64,000 nucleotides of DNA from Hormiphora californensis (Eukaryota; Animalia; Ctenophora). Position 1 is the first letter of the stretch, and every line of letters begins with the position of its first letter. The stretch is taken from NCBI GenBank assembly GCA_020137815.1, contig CM035360.1, positions 434,001-498,000 of the forward strand. Direction: 5' to 3'. Shown here one piece after another: positions 32,011 through 46,081 of the stretch. A program made the position numbers and the translations under genes. The notes under the pieces are model-generated. The model was not told the origin of the DNA. It searched no databases and saw only the letters and a program-made list of their open reading frames with translations.

Positions 32011-32534
32011 TCGGTTAAAAGGTTGTAACTATTCTGCCCCTTACGGCAATCATATATACAAGAAAGTACAACAAAGTGGAAATATAAATAACTCAGCTCC
32101 CTCAAACAACTCCTTTCTACCCCTATACTAGACTCACAATCTTTCGGCAAAGCCAATCTAAAAGACATGAATATTGTAATAATATAATGCACTATACAGA
32201 CATGACCAAACCTGTACTAGGGGGTGTGTTTTTGGACAGGTAATTGACCCCTTGGTAACTGCCAAGGAGATGAACTGGGGGGGGGGGGGTGGAGTAACAT
32301 CTCACATAAAAGTAAGGCAAATAATATCTTTGTATCAGAATTCTCAGAATGAACAGTTGGGCTATAGCAGTTAATTGTAAATCACGACATGTTAATGGTT
32401 ATAACCAATCTAAGAGAGCCCAATCCCCTACAACAGAACTCTCATTTCTTCCCCCCCTCTCTCTCTCTCTCTCACCTCTCTCATCTAGCGCTCCACCCCT
32501 CTCACTCTCTTATCTCTCCAATCTCCTCTCCCTT

Positions 32535-32569
<35 letters not shown>

Positions 32570-33260
32570 CCTTGCTCGCTCCCTCTTCTCTCTCTCTTCT
32601 GCTCTCTTCTCTCTCTTCTCTCTCTTCTCTCTCTCTCTCATTCTATCATTTTCCTCTCAGATCACGTGATCCAAGCTCAGCATATTATATTACCTCTACT
32701 CTTCTAATATTGACCCAAATTCTCTCGCTTATATCTCTCCATGACATTGTACAAGTAATATATTAAATCTCCCCAAGATCCAATATTTGTATCCCCTGCC
32801 TAACTCTCAATACAACCATGTAAATCATCAATACTTATAGCCCTGACTAATCTCGTCACTTTGAGAGAGAAGCAATGTGAAACCGAAGACTGACTCGTGA
32901 AAAATAACTCAGCCCTCAAACAACTCCTTTCTACCCCTATACTAGACTCACAATCTTTCGGCAAAGCCAATCTAAAAGACATGAATATTGTAATAATATA
33001 ATGCACTATACAGACATGACCAAACCTGTACTAGGGGGTGTGTTTTTGGACATGTAATTGACCCCTTGGTAACTGCCAAGGAGATGAACTGGGGGGGGGG
33101 GGAGTAACACCTCACATAAAAGTACGGCAAATAATATCTTTGTATCAGAATTCTCAGAATGAACAGTTGGGCTATAGCAGTTAATTGTAAATCACGACAT
33201 GTTAATGGTTATAACCAATCTAAGAGCGCCCAACCCCCTACAATAGAACTCTCATTTCTT

Positions 33261-33366
<106 letters not shown>

Positions 33367-33374
33367 TTCTCTCG

Positions 33375-33405
<31 letters not shown>

Positions 33406-33635
33406 TCTATCATTTTCTCTCTCAGATCACGTGATCCAAGCTCAGCCATATTAAAATTACCATTCCTACTCTTCTAAAATATTGACCCAAATTCTCTTCG
33501 CCTATAACTATTGTAACAAGTAAATAATATTAAATCTCCCCCAAAGAATTCCTAAATATTTGTATCCTCCTGGCCTAACTCTCAATACAACCATGATAAG
33601 ATCATCAAATACCTATTATATGCCCTGACTAACTC

Positions 33636-34496
33636 CACTCACTCTCCACTCACTCTCATCCTATCCCCCATTTCTTCCTCCTCCATCGTTCCCCTCCCCC
33701 GTACACCTCCCCCGTACCCCTCCCCCATATTATTATCTACTTCTGGTTTATATATAGGCTCCTTTATATGTCCAGTGTTCTTGTTTCTTGCACCCCCTGA
33801 CCACAAAGGTTGATGTCGGCCACGTAAAATACTTACATTGGCAGACATAACCACGCCCGCCACTCTTCCTGCCACCAGGTTATGGTTATCACAGCCCAAA
33901 ATTCCTGGTGTGTGGTTTTAAGACCTGGAAGAACAGCCACCCTCCCTCTGGCACGAACAGCCAAGCCACCCACAGCTTTCATCCATTAAAATATTCATAC
34001 AATATATCCATACCCTTCACCTTCCATTTCCCTATTTCCCTATACCTTAACCCTCTACTGTTACAGGCTGCCTTATGCCACAGTTCAAGTTCACATGAGA
34101 GAGTCGACTGAGATACTCTGGATTTACTTTCAGCTAGCCTGATTCCCCCGACTGTCCTCGAGTCATCATGGGGACCTCTCGGATCAGGCTATGCTCTCTC
34201 AAAATCTCTCTTCTACTCTACGCGTCTCTCCCTTCTTCCAAAATCCCTCCACGTCGGATACAGTTCAAGATCCGGCACGGAACCCGGGACAACATGCATG
34301 CACCCAGCCTTGACTTTGTGGTCGGTTAGAAACTAATCACTGGGTTCCGTGTATGTCGGTTGGACTAAGACTGTTTTACGGAGCTCACCCTAATGCTTCC
34401 ACTAAAGCCCGCATGTACATGTACTATTATAGCTAAAGTGAGGGGTGATGCGACGTATCTCAGGTTCCTATGACGTCCATAGCGAAAAAGCGAAAA
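33636..34496. mobile_element. 861-bp insertion with a 16-bp TSD (probable non-LTR retroposon remnant)
   Basis: ATGCCCTGACTAACTC at 33620-33635 and 34497-34512; the empty site is present at ~39761-39780. Confidence 0.7.
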
Positions 34497-34699
34497 ATGC
34501 CCTGACTAACTCTCAGTCACTTTGAGAGAGAAGCAATGTAGAAACCGAAGAGCCTGACTCGTGAAAAATTGATACAATACTTCTTTAGTTGTCCATTATT
34601 CGCGTCTCTCACTAGCTCTCTCGGTCTCTCTATGGTCTTTGGGCACGTCGCGCCCCTCATGTTCACGCGCCCGTCGGGCGATCCCCTCACATAGGCCCC

Positions 34700-37580
34700 T
34701 ACTAATGGAGTAGAGCTGTACTAAATGAAATGAGGTAGAGTTGTAATAATGGAGTAGAGCTGTACTAATTGAAATGAGGTAGAGTTGTACTAATGGAGTA
34801 GAGTTGTACTAAATGAAATGAGGTAGAGTTGTAATAATGGAGTAGAGCTGTACTAAATGAAATGAGGTAGAGTTGTACTAATGGAGTAGAGTTGTACTAA
34901 ATGAAATGGAGTAGAGTTGTACTAATGGAGTAGAGTTGTACTAATTGAAATGGGGTAGAGTTGTACTAATGGAGTAGAGTTGTACTAAATGAAATGAGGT
35001 AGAGTTGTAATAATGGAGTAGAGCTGTACTAAATGAAATGAGGTAGAGTTGTACTAATGGAGTAGAGTTGTACTAAATGAAATGGAGTAGAGTTGTACTA
35101 ATGGAGTAGAGTTGTACTAATTGAAATGGGGTAGAGTTGTACTAATGGAGTAGAGTTGTACTAAATGAAATGAGGTAGAGTTGTAATAATGGAGTAGAGC
35201 TGTACTAAATGAAATGAGGTAGAGTTGTACTAATGGAGTAGAGTTGTACTAAATGAAATGGAGTAGAGTTGTACTAATGGAGTAGAGTTGTACTAATTGA
35301 AATGAGGTAGAGTTGTACTAATGGAGTAGAGCTGTACTAATTGAAATGGAGTAGAGTTGTACTAATGGAGTAGAGTTGTACTAAATGAAATGAGGTAGAG
35401 TTGTACTAATGGAGTAGAGCTGTACTAAATGAAATGGAGTAGAGTTGTACTAATGGAGTAGAGCTGTACTAAATGAAATGGAGTAGAGTTGTACTAATGG
35501 AGTAGAGTTGTACTAAATGAAATGAGGTAGAGTTGTACTAATGGAGTAGAGCTGTACTAAATGAAATGGAGTAGAGTTGTACTAATGGAGTAGAGCTGTA
35601 CTAATTGAAATGAGGTAGAGTTGTACTAATGGAGTAGAGCTGTACTAATTGAAATGGAGTAGAGTTGTACTAATGGAGTAGAGCTGTACTAAATGAAATG
35701 GGGTAGAGTTGTAATAATGGAGTAGAGCTGTACTAATTGAAATGAGGTAGAGTTGTACTAATGGAGTAGAGTTGTACTAATTGAAATGGAGTAGAGTTGT
35801 ACTAATTGAAATGAGGTAGAGTTGTACTAATGGAGTAGAGCTGTACTAAATGAAATGGAGTAGAGTTGTACTAATGGAGTAGAGCTATACTAAATGAAAT
35901 GGGGTAGAGTTGTACTAATGGAGTAGAGCTGTACTAATTGAAATGGGGTAGAGTTGTACTAATGGAGTAGAGCTGTACTAATTGAAATGAGGTAGAGTTG
36001 TACTAATGGAGTAGAGCTATACTAATTGAAATGAGGTAGAGTTGTACTAATGGAGTAGAGTTGTACTAATTGAAATGGGGTAGAGTTGTACTAATGGAGT
36101 AGAGTTGTACTAATTGAAATGGGGTAGAGTTGTACTAATGGAGTAGAGCTGTACTAATGGAGTAGAGTTGTACTAATTGAAATGGGGTAAGCAAAGCAAA
36201 AGCAAAGCAGGACGGCTAGGATAAATCCAGTGCCGGGGGTGCTGATATCCCTTTCAATGGCGTTTCAGCCACGGGTCCTTCCGGTGCAGATTTCTCTGCA
36301 GCGTAGCCGGGCGCTTACCCCACAACATACGCACTCCGTGTTGCTTTCGGGTCTCTCAAGAGAGCCCCTACCAATCATAGCTTGGTGGACTAGACGACAT
36401 GCGCTAGACCAGGATCGAACCCGGGACCTAGTGCGTGAGAGGCGAGTGTACTAGCCACTACACCACCCTGCCGACTAATGGGGTAGAGTTGTACTAATGG
36501 AGTAGAGTTGTACTAATTGAAATGAGGTAGAGTTGTACTAATTGAAATGGGGTAGAGTTGTACTAATGGAGTAGAGTTGTACTAATGGAGTAGAGCTGTA
36601 CTAATTGAAATGAAGTAGAGTTGTACTAATGGAGTAGAGTTGTACTATTTAAAATGGGGTAGAGTTGTACTAATGGAGTAGAGCTGTACTAATTGAAATG
36701 AGGTAGAGTTGTATTAATGGAGTAGAGCTGTACTAATTGAAATGAGGTAGAGTTGTATTAATGGAGTAGAGCTGTACTAATTGAAATGAGGTAGAGTTGT
36801 ACTAATGGAGTAGAGCTGTACTAATTGAAATGGGGTAGAGTTGTAATAATGGAGTAGAGCTGTACTAATTGAAATGAGGTAGAGTAGTACTAATGGAGTA
36901 GAGCTGTACTAAATGAAATGGAGTAGAGTTGTACTAATGGAGTAGAGTTGTACTAATTGAAATGAGGTAGAGTTGTACTAATGGAGTAGAGCTGTACTAA
37001 ATGAAATGGAGTAGAGTTGTACTAATGGAGTAGAGTTGTACTAATTGAAATGAGGTAGAGTTGTACTAATGGAGTAGAGCTGTACTAATTGAAATGGGAT
37101 AGAGTTGTACTAATGGAGTAGAGTTGTACTAATTGAAATGAGGTAGAGTTGTACTAATGGAGTAGAGCTGTACTAATTAAAATGAGGTAGAGTTGTACTA
37201 ATGGAGTAGAGCTGTACTAATTGAAATGGGGTAGAGTTGTAATAATGGAGTAGAGCTGTACTAATTGAAATGAGGTAGAGTTGTACTAATGGAGTAGAGC
37301 TGTACTAATTGAAATGGGGTAGAGTTGTAATAATAGAGTAGAGCTGTACTAATTGAAATGAGGTAGAGTTGTACTAATGGAGTAGAGCTGTACTAAATGA
37401 AATGGAGTAGAGTTGTACTAATGGAGTAGAGTTGTACTAATTGAAATGAGGTAGAGTTGTACTAATGGAGTAGAGCTGTACTAATTGAAATGGGGTAGAG
37501 TTGTACTAATGGAGTAGAGCTGTACTAAATGAAATGAGGTAGAGTTGTACTAATGGAGTAGAGTTGTACTAAATGAAATG
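34700..37580. repeat. ~2.6-kb satellite of alternating 18- and 23-bp subunits (41-bp higher-order unit)
   Basis: ATGGAGTAGAGTTGTACTA and AATTGAAATGAGGTAGAGTTGTACT alternate in tandem. Confidence 0.95.
36190..36476 (-). mobile_element. tRNA(Glu-like)-derived SINE inserted in the satellite
   Basis: The minus strand starts GGCAGGGTGGTGTAGTGGCTAGTACACTCGCCTCTCACGC...GGTTCGATCC (A and B boxes) and has a 3' tail of TGCTT repeats; TSD AATGGGGTA (36181-36189, 36477-36485). Confidence 0.85.
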
Positions 37581-38010
37581 GGTCGGTTAAAAGGTTGTAA
37601 CTATTCTGCCCCTTACGGCAATCATATATACAAGAAAGTACAACAAAGTGGTAATATAAATAACTCAGCTCCCTCAATTAACTCTTTTCTCCCCCTATAC
37701 GAGACTCACAATCTTCCGGCAAAGCCAATCTAAAAGACATGAATATTGTAATAATATAATGCACTATACAGACATGACCAAACCTGTACTAGGGGGTGTA
37801 TTTTTGGACAGGTAATTGACCCCTTGGTAACTGCCAAGGAGATGAACTGGGGGGGGGGGGGGTTGGAGTAACATCTCACATAAAAGTACGGCAAATAATA
37901 TCTTTGTATCAGAATTCTCGGAATGAACAGTTGGGCTATAGCAGTTAATTGTAAATGGTTATAACCAATCTAAGAGAGCCCAATCCCCTACAACAGAACT
38001 CTCATTTCTT

Positions 38011-38055
<45 letters not shown>

Positions 38056-38085
38056 TCTCTCTCTCTCTCACTCTCTCTCTCTCTC

Positions 38086-39532
<1,447 letters not shown>

Positions 39533-40836
39533 CTCTATCATTTTCTCTCTCTCAGATCACGTGATCCAAGCTCAGCCATATTATAATTACCATTCCTACT
39601 CTTCTAAAATATTGACCAAAATTCTCTTCGCCTAATATCTCTCCATAACTATTGTAACAAGTAAATAATATTAAATCTCCCCCAAAGAATTCCTAAATAT
39701 TTGTATCCTCCTGGCCTAACTCTCAATACAACCATGATAAGATCATCAAATACCTATTATATGCCCTGACTAACTCTCAGTCACTTTGAGAGAGAAGCAA
39801 TGTAGAAACCGAAGAGCCTGACTCGTCTCTCACTAGCTCTCTCGTTCTCTCTATGGTCTTTGGGAACGTCGCGCCCCTCATGTTCGCGCGCCCGTAGGGC
39901 GATCCCCTCACATAGGCCCCTACGGGGCTTGCCCGCTACGAGGGCAACTATGGTCTAGTTGGATACGTGACACGAATCACTGCTAGTGGAGGGTGATTCG
40001 GTATCTCTACCGCCTATGCTATGGTATAATAGACCGATACGTGATACGAAACACTGTTAGAGGAGGCCGGAGGGTGATTCGGTCTCTTTTTACCGCTTTA
40101 GTCTGGTCGGGAAGAGAATCACGTATATCACGGCTGCTAATGAGGGATGCTGATGCGGATTGGTTATGAGTTCCGTAGCAGACGTAGCTTCGTACGGTAT
40201 AACAGTCTGTATACCCACAAGGGTACGTTCTATACTTTATCCGATGGTTTATTTCAGAGATCTAGGGGAGAGCTATTCTGAAGTAATGGAGTTTGGGGCA
40301 AACGATAAACCGTATGGGCTGCGACGAGAGAGGCAAATAGTAGTCAGATACGCTGCTCCTGATTTTAGAGATGTCACCCACCGTAAGTCTCTCTATTTTA
40401 TGTCTTGCTATTATCATTATTATTATGTCTATTTTATTATGGGGGGGGGGGGGGGGGGGGGTGCGCCAAAACAACATACCTGGTTGTGTTTTGGGGGGGT
40501 TTTTTGGGGGGAAACCCAACTTGATATAGCCTTGTTAAAATTAATCAGTAGCTAGTCATCAGTACTTGAATTAATCATTCGCCTCAGGAAACGACTCTAA
40601 ATTATTCTCTCTTTTTCCGCTCCTGGTTTCCTAGGCTCTCCGAATCAGGAAATTACTGGTCCCTGATTGCTATAACCAGTACGTGGCCTAAATAACGAGT
40701 TCTGATTGGTTGTTTACTTAATTCGGTCGGTTCCTGATTCGCCTAATATAAAATTCATCAGTACAGATAAGTTATATGAGTCTACCTTATCGATTTGATC
40801 GGTTCCTGACTGCACTACTACAGTCTCTCAACTTAC

Positions 40837-43641
40837 GCGAATACTTTCTGGGGTTGTCCATACTCTCTGTAGAGAAGTTTACAAATGGTGTTGTAGCAGG
40901 AGAAGTGCTCGAGGGGGTATGCAAACAGAACGGTGATCAGGAACATTAGAATCGCAATCTGAATAGGAGGGGATTTACAATTCAAAGTTATACGTAGTGA
41001 ATAGTTTGGTCTATTTTTGAACTAATAAAAAATAAGAGTAGGTACAGTCGGACCCCGATACACCGGGTAAAACCCTTTTGCCGAACATTGCAGTTAATTG
41101 GGGCCCGACTGTAGTTTCAAAACCAAATTTTGTCTCCATAAACTACCTTTCCAAAAGCGTCCGATTGGATCCCGTCCTTGGTTGGGTCCTCTTTAGGTCC
41201 CCAGGTTGCTTCCAGGATATTCCCCGGACACTCGTTCTTCCCCTCGGGGTCATGACACAGGTAGTACCCCATGACACCCACTGACACGAAGAACAGGAAG
41301 GACGTACCAATGGCCAGGTGCACTACGATGTGGAACTTCTTTGTCGCGCCCCCCTGTTCGTGTGCCGGTAGTACGATCCCCTCGTAGGGTGAACCCTTCA
41401 CACATACGTTGTCATGGTTGTCATGGGAACCCTTCACACATACGTTGTCATGGTTGTCATGGGAACCCTTCACACATACGTTGTCAGGTACACCTCGATG
41501 TGAGACACCACATGTAACGAGGTTGGCTATTACGCATTGTGAGACACCACATGCGGGGTTGGCTATTACGCGATGTGAGACACCACATGCGGGGTTGGCT
41601 ATTACGCCGCGATGTGAGACACCACATACGGGGTTGGCTATTACGCAGCCAAGGAACTCCTCCTCCTTTTTGGATTTGTTATCCTCCTCAAAATGTCATT
41701 TAAAATTATCGATCAATATCTTGATTGGGATGAATTCAAGAACGGACCGACACAAGAAAAAAACAATCAGAACTCGTAATTTAGGTCACGAGACTGGTTA
41801 TCAGTCAGACTAGTATTTCCTGATTCGGTCGGTTCCTGGATAAATTTTACACCGAAAACGATCTACAAAGAAGTAAAATTGTATCGTGGCAGCACTTTGA
41901 ATTGTTCATACACAGGTGAATGAAGGGGAATGAAAGGAGCACGATTTACCTGGAGGCTGTCAAGGGTGGGTGTGACTATCTGATGGCAGACAAACCCAGT
42001 GACAAAGACACTGAGCCCATGAAATAGTCGTGAAGAAACAGGTTGTATCTCGTTAGCAGGATCCCTCTTGATATCAAAGTAGAGTAGGGCAATTGTCAGA
42101 ATCATAATGGATGCTACAGAGACCATAGACGAGTAACCCAGCATCTGAAATGGAGAGGAATTGGGTATGAAGAAAAGCGATTATTTCTGTGAAGTGTGGG
42201 AAAGGAGGAGAGACTAGGGGGAGAGAAAGGAGGGTGAGAGAGGGACTAGGGGGAGAGAAAGGAGAGACTAGGGGGAGAGAAAGGAGGGTGAGAGACTAGG
42301 CCCTAGGGGGAGAGAAAGGAGGGTGAGAGAGGGACTAGGGGGAGAGAAAGGAGAGACTAGGGGGAGAGAAAGGAGGGTGAGAGACTAGTCACTAGGGGGA
42401 GAGAAAGGCGGGTGAGAGAGTGAGAGAGAGAGTGAGAGATAAAATGAACAAATTGGTTCTTGGTTTATTTGCCTGGGAATTGATATTCTGCAGATAGTTC
42501 GAACCTTGAGTGTAGCGAGGGTAGCTAGAGGGATGATGATACAGATGGTTAGACAGATGACCAGTATCAGGGTTAGAGGGATACCATCTTCCTCCACCTC
42601 ACCGACCCACGTCTGACTCATCAACCCCTTCACGTTACTGTTAAAATGGGAAGTTTTGGGAAGTGGTGCCTGACCCTCAGGTCCAGAAGAATGAAGATCT
42701 ATCGGGGGGGGGGGGGGGGGGGACAGTCGTGCCCGTGGCCTGAACCTGAGGTTATGGCACCACTGTTTTCCCCGTAGAACTAAGCGCTCTCGACTCTCCC
42801 ATATCAAAATGGCAGACCTATCTTTGCCCAACACACAATTCCCTTGATCTACCGAACCTTCGCACAAAGCAACACAACACTTACTTAGCAGCGATGATTT
42901 GATATGAGACCATCAAACTGAGACTGAGAAACAGTTGCACTGCCGCCTGGATATACCTCCCCTTTTTACCAAACGACATCTGTTAAGTTGGAGCGAAGTT
43001 AAAAAATCATCCGCCCGATCTCTCATCTAAACCTGCCTGGCCGTTCCAGTCACCATAATTTAACTCTCAAAACGACCTAATCTGAGCGTGTGACAGTGCA
43101 ATCAGATCGGCCGTGCCGTTAGACTGTGACACAGATCCAAACTAACAGCTCAGAGAGACCAATTACTTAGTTAGTTAGCTAAAGCTTACCTCAGCAATCT
43201 GTTGGTAGTCGAAGATGTTAAGTTTCATACAGGTCTCGCCCAAGCAGATTAGGGTGTAATCCACCAGGGCTCCCACCATCAGCAACAATATCAATCCTCC
43301 CAACCAACCTGCAGGGCAAAGATATGTATTTAGTGTCACTCCCAACCAACCTGGAAATATTTAGTATATCAATTCGGTGTCGGGATTCAGTGTCAGTTAT
43401 GAACGAATCGATCAGTGACATGAAAATTTGTCAGGCGATTGATTAAATAACGAGTTCTGATTGGCTGTTTACTTGTTTCGGTCGGTTCCTGCTCCGTACC
43501 TGTCTTGTCGAATCCGTATGGTATACTGAGAAGGGCTGACGCAACAATACACACGGTGAAGTTGAAGAACGCTTTGGGGATTGTCGTTTTATCAGCCCTA
43601 GTTGGGGGCGCAGTTAACCGTGCTCTCTCCTCAGAGGACAT
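40837..43641 (-). CDS. SLC38/AAAP amino-acid transporter (SLC38A11-like), multi-exon; last TM exons not located
   Basis: Exons 43641-43500 (KAFFNFTVCIVASALLSIPYGF), ~43308-43190 (GWLGGLILLL..DYTL..DYQQIAE), ~42979-42885 (SFGKKG..MVSYQIIA), 42144-41950 (FVTGFVCHQ), ~41395-41167 (VGVMGY..GNILE) and ~40957-40837 (VLFAYPLEHF). Confidence 0.8.
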
Positions 43642-46018
43642 GGTGTGATCCCTGAGGGGAGGGAGTTAGCACGGTTACCATGGTAACTGGGAGGAGGCGC
43701 CGTTAACCGCTGATCAGAGGACATGGTATGGTCCCTGGGGGGGAGGGAGTTAACACGGTTACCATGGTAACTGGGAGGAGGCGCAGTTAACCGCTCAGAG
43801 GACATGGTATGATCAGCTGTCTGCTTTTCTTTGTAGTACCTGGCGTCCTTTACGCTCTTCATGGGTAGTGAATTAGTTTCATCCATGAGTTTGCTAGGTG
43901 ATCCCTTGTTCAAACAGATAACTTGTGTGTCGATACGCTGCATCATAGACCACTCAATACTTTTCCCGCAACCGTAGCTGCGATCTGATCCTTTCACAAG
44001 ATCAGATCTCATTCCCCGCTGGATATCAAGTTGGTTATTGATCCAAGCGAATCTGTACGTTCCCAACTGGGCGTATTCCCCAGCACGGATATCCAGGGCA
44101 AGGGTACTATCCAATGTGTTTCCACAGGTGGTCGCCCCCTTACAACCGGCACTGTTGATCCATCCCTCTTTACAGTGGGGGCACTGCCTGATATCCTGCA
44201 CTCCATTCACTCCATCCAGTACCACTCCATGATGGCCATTACTGGCAGCATACTTCTCTGTCTCTATGCGTATACCTATAGCGGGAGAGATATGATTTGG
44301 ATTGGAGTCGAAGGAACACACAGTAGATTTGGGGGCGAGGATCTAATTTCTGAGCGATTTAGTATTGTAAAACTGAACTTTATCATGAGTAGGTCGACAA
44401 CATTCTCAATGAAGTATGAAGGGGGAGCTGGTAAATACCATAGATGATGGTGCGAAGTTGGTTTGTCAGTAGAGCACAATATCCCGCCTGAAGATCTGCA
44501 TCATCGCCCATGAAATCGAACTCTAACGCGGTACAAAAGTTCTTTTGGATAACCTCAATTTGTTCTATCATCCACGCCTAAAGGGTTAGCCCGGGGTTGG
44601 GAATTGTTTGAAATATCACTATCAGGAACCGACCGACACGTAAACAACCAATCAGAACTCGTTATTTAGGTCACGTGACTGGTTATCGGCCAATCAGGGA
44701 CCAGTATTTCCTGATTCGATTGATTCCTGGTTAGAACCTAACAATTAAATTGTGTACCTGGAACTCAAAGAGTAAGTCAACTAGATCCTTCCCTGTGTAG
44801 TTATCACGGATCCTATCAAAACATTCCTTCACCCGGTTGAAAAGGTCTACCTCCTTGGCTACCAACCTAGGCATTAAAAGATAATAATACTATCTGGTTC
44901 TGCCATGTAGCTCTGTTCTAGCTGAAGACGTCTGACCCTATTCTCATTTCTTTTAAATTCTGCACGCGGATCGCACGAGAATTGTGGTCAGAGCATTGGC
45001 TTGACAGGGTTTTCGCATGCTCCGTGTGCAGAATTTAAAAGAATAAGAATATGTTTTTTTTTTTTTTTTTTTTGCACTGAACTGCTGTAGACATCACCCA
45101 CTCACTTCATACACACACAAACACCCACACACATGACCAAGCCTGTACGACAGGTTATTGATCACCGGCTGTATTACAGCACGAGAGAGCCGTCACTAGT
45201 ATCGTGCAGTGATCCGAAGATCATGATAACAATTAATATGACGTGATCAACTGCTATAGCCCAACTGTTCATTCTGAGAATTCTGATACAAAGATATTAT
45301 TGCCGTACTGATATATGAGGTAACTCCAACCCCCCAGTTTCATCTCCTTGTTTAACATGGGAGTTACCAAGGGAATCCACTGGGTTCGATTAATCTAGGC
45401 ACATACCCACAGTACTATTCGAATTGGCGTATCTTAGCAACAATCCTTGTGTTTTATTGCTATCTGAACAGATTAGGCGTATAGACAGGGCTCTTATTAT
45501 CAGCAGTGCTCACGTTTCAAGGATAATGTTTTTTTTTTTAATTATGCACTGAACTGCTGTAGACATCACCCACTCACTTCATACACACACAAACACCCAC
45601 ACACATGACCAAGCCTGTACGACAGGTTATTGATCACCGGCTGTATTACAGCACGAGAGAGCCGTCACTAGTATCGTGCAGTGATCCGAAGATCATGATA
45701 ACAATTAATATGACGTGATCAACTGCTATAGCCCAACTGTTCATTCTGAGAATTCTGATACAAAGATATTATTGCCGTACTGATATATGAGGTAACTCCA
45801 ACCCCCCAGTTTCATCTCCTTGTTTAACATGGGAGTTACCAAGGGAATCCACTGGGTTCGATTAATCTAGGCACATACCCACAGTACTATTCGAATTGGC
45901 GTATCTTTATATCAGGAATCTCGGATAGCAACAATCCTTGTGTTTTATTGCTATCTGAACAGATTAGGCGTATAGACAGGGCTCTTATTATCAGCAGTGC
46001 TCACGTTTCAAGGATAAT

Positions 46019-46081
<63 letters not shown>

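Noticed and set aside
36400-36473. Functional tRNA-Glu gene
   Set aside because: The acceptor stem does not pair, and it is followed by a SINE body, tail and TSD.
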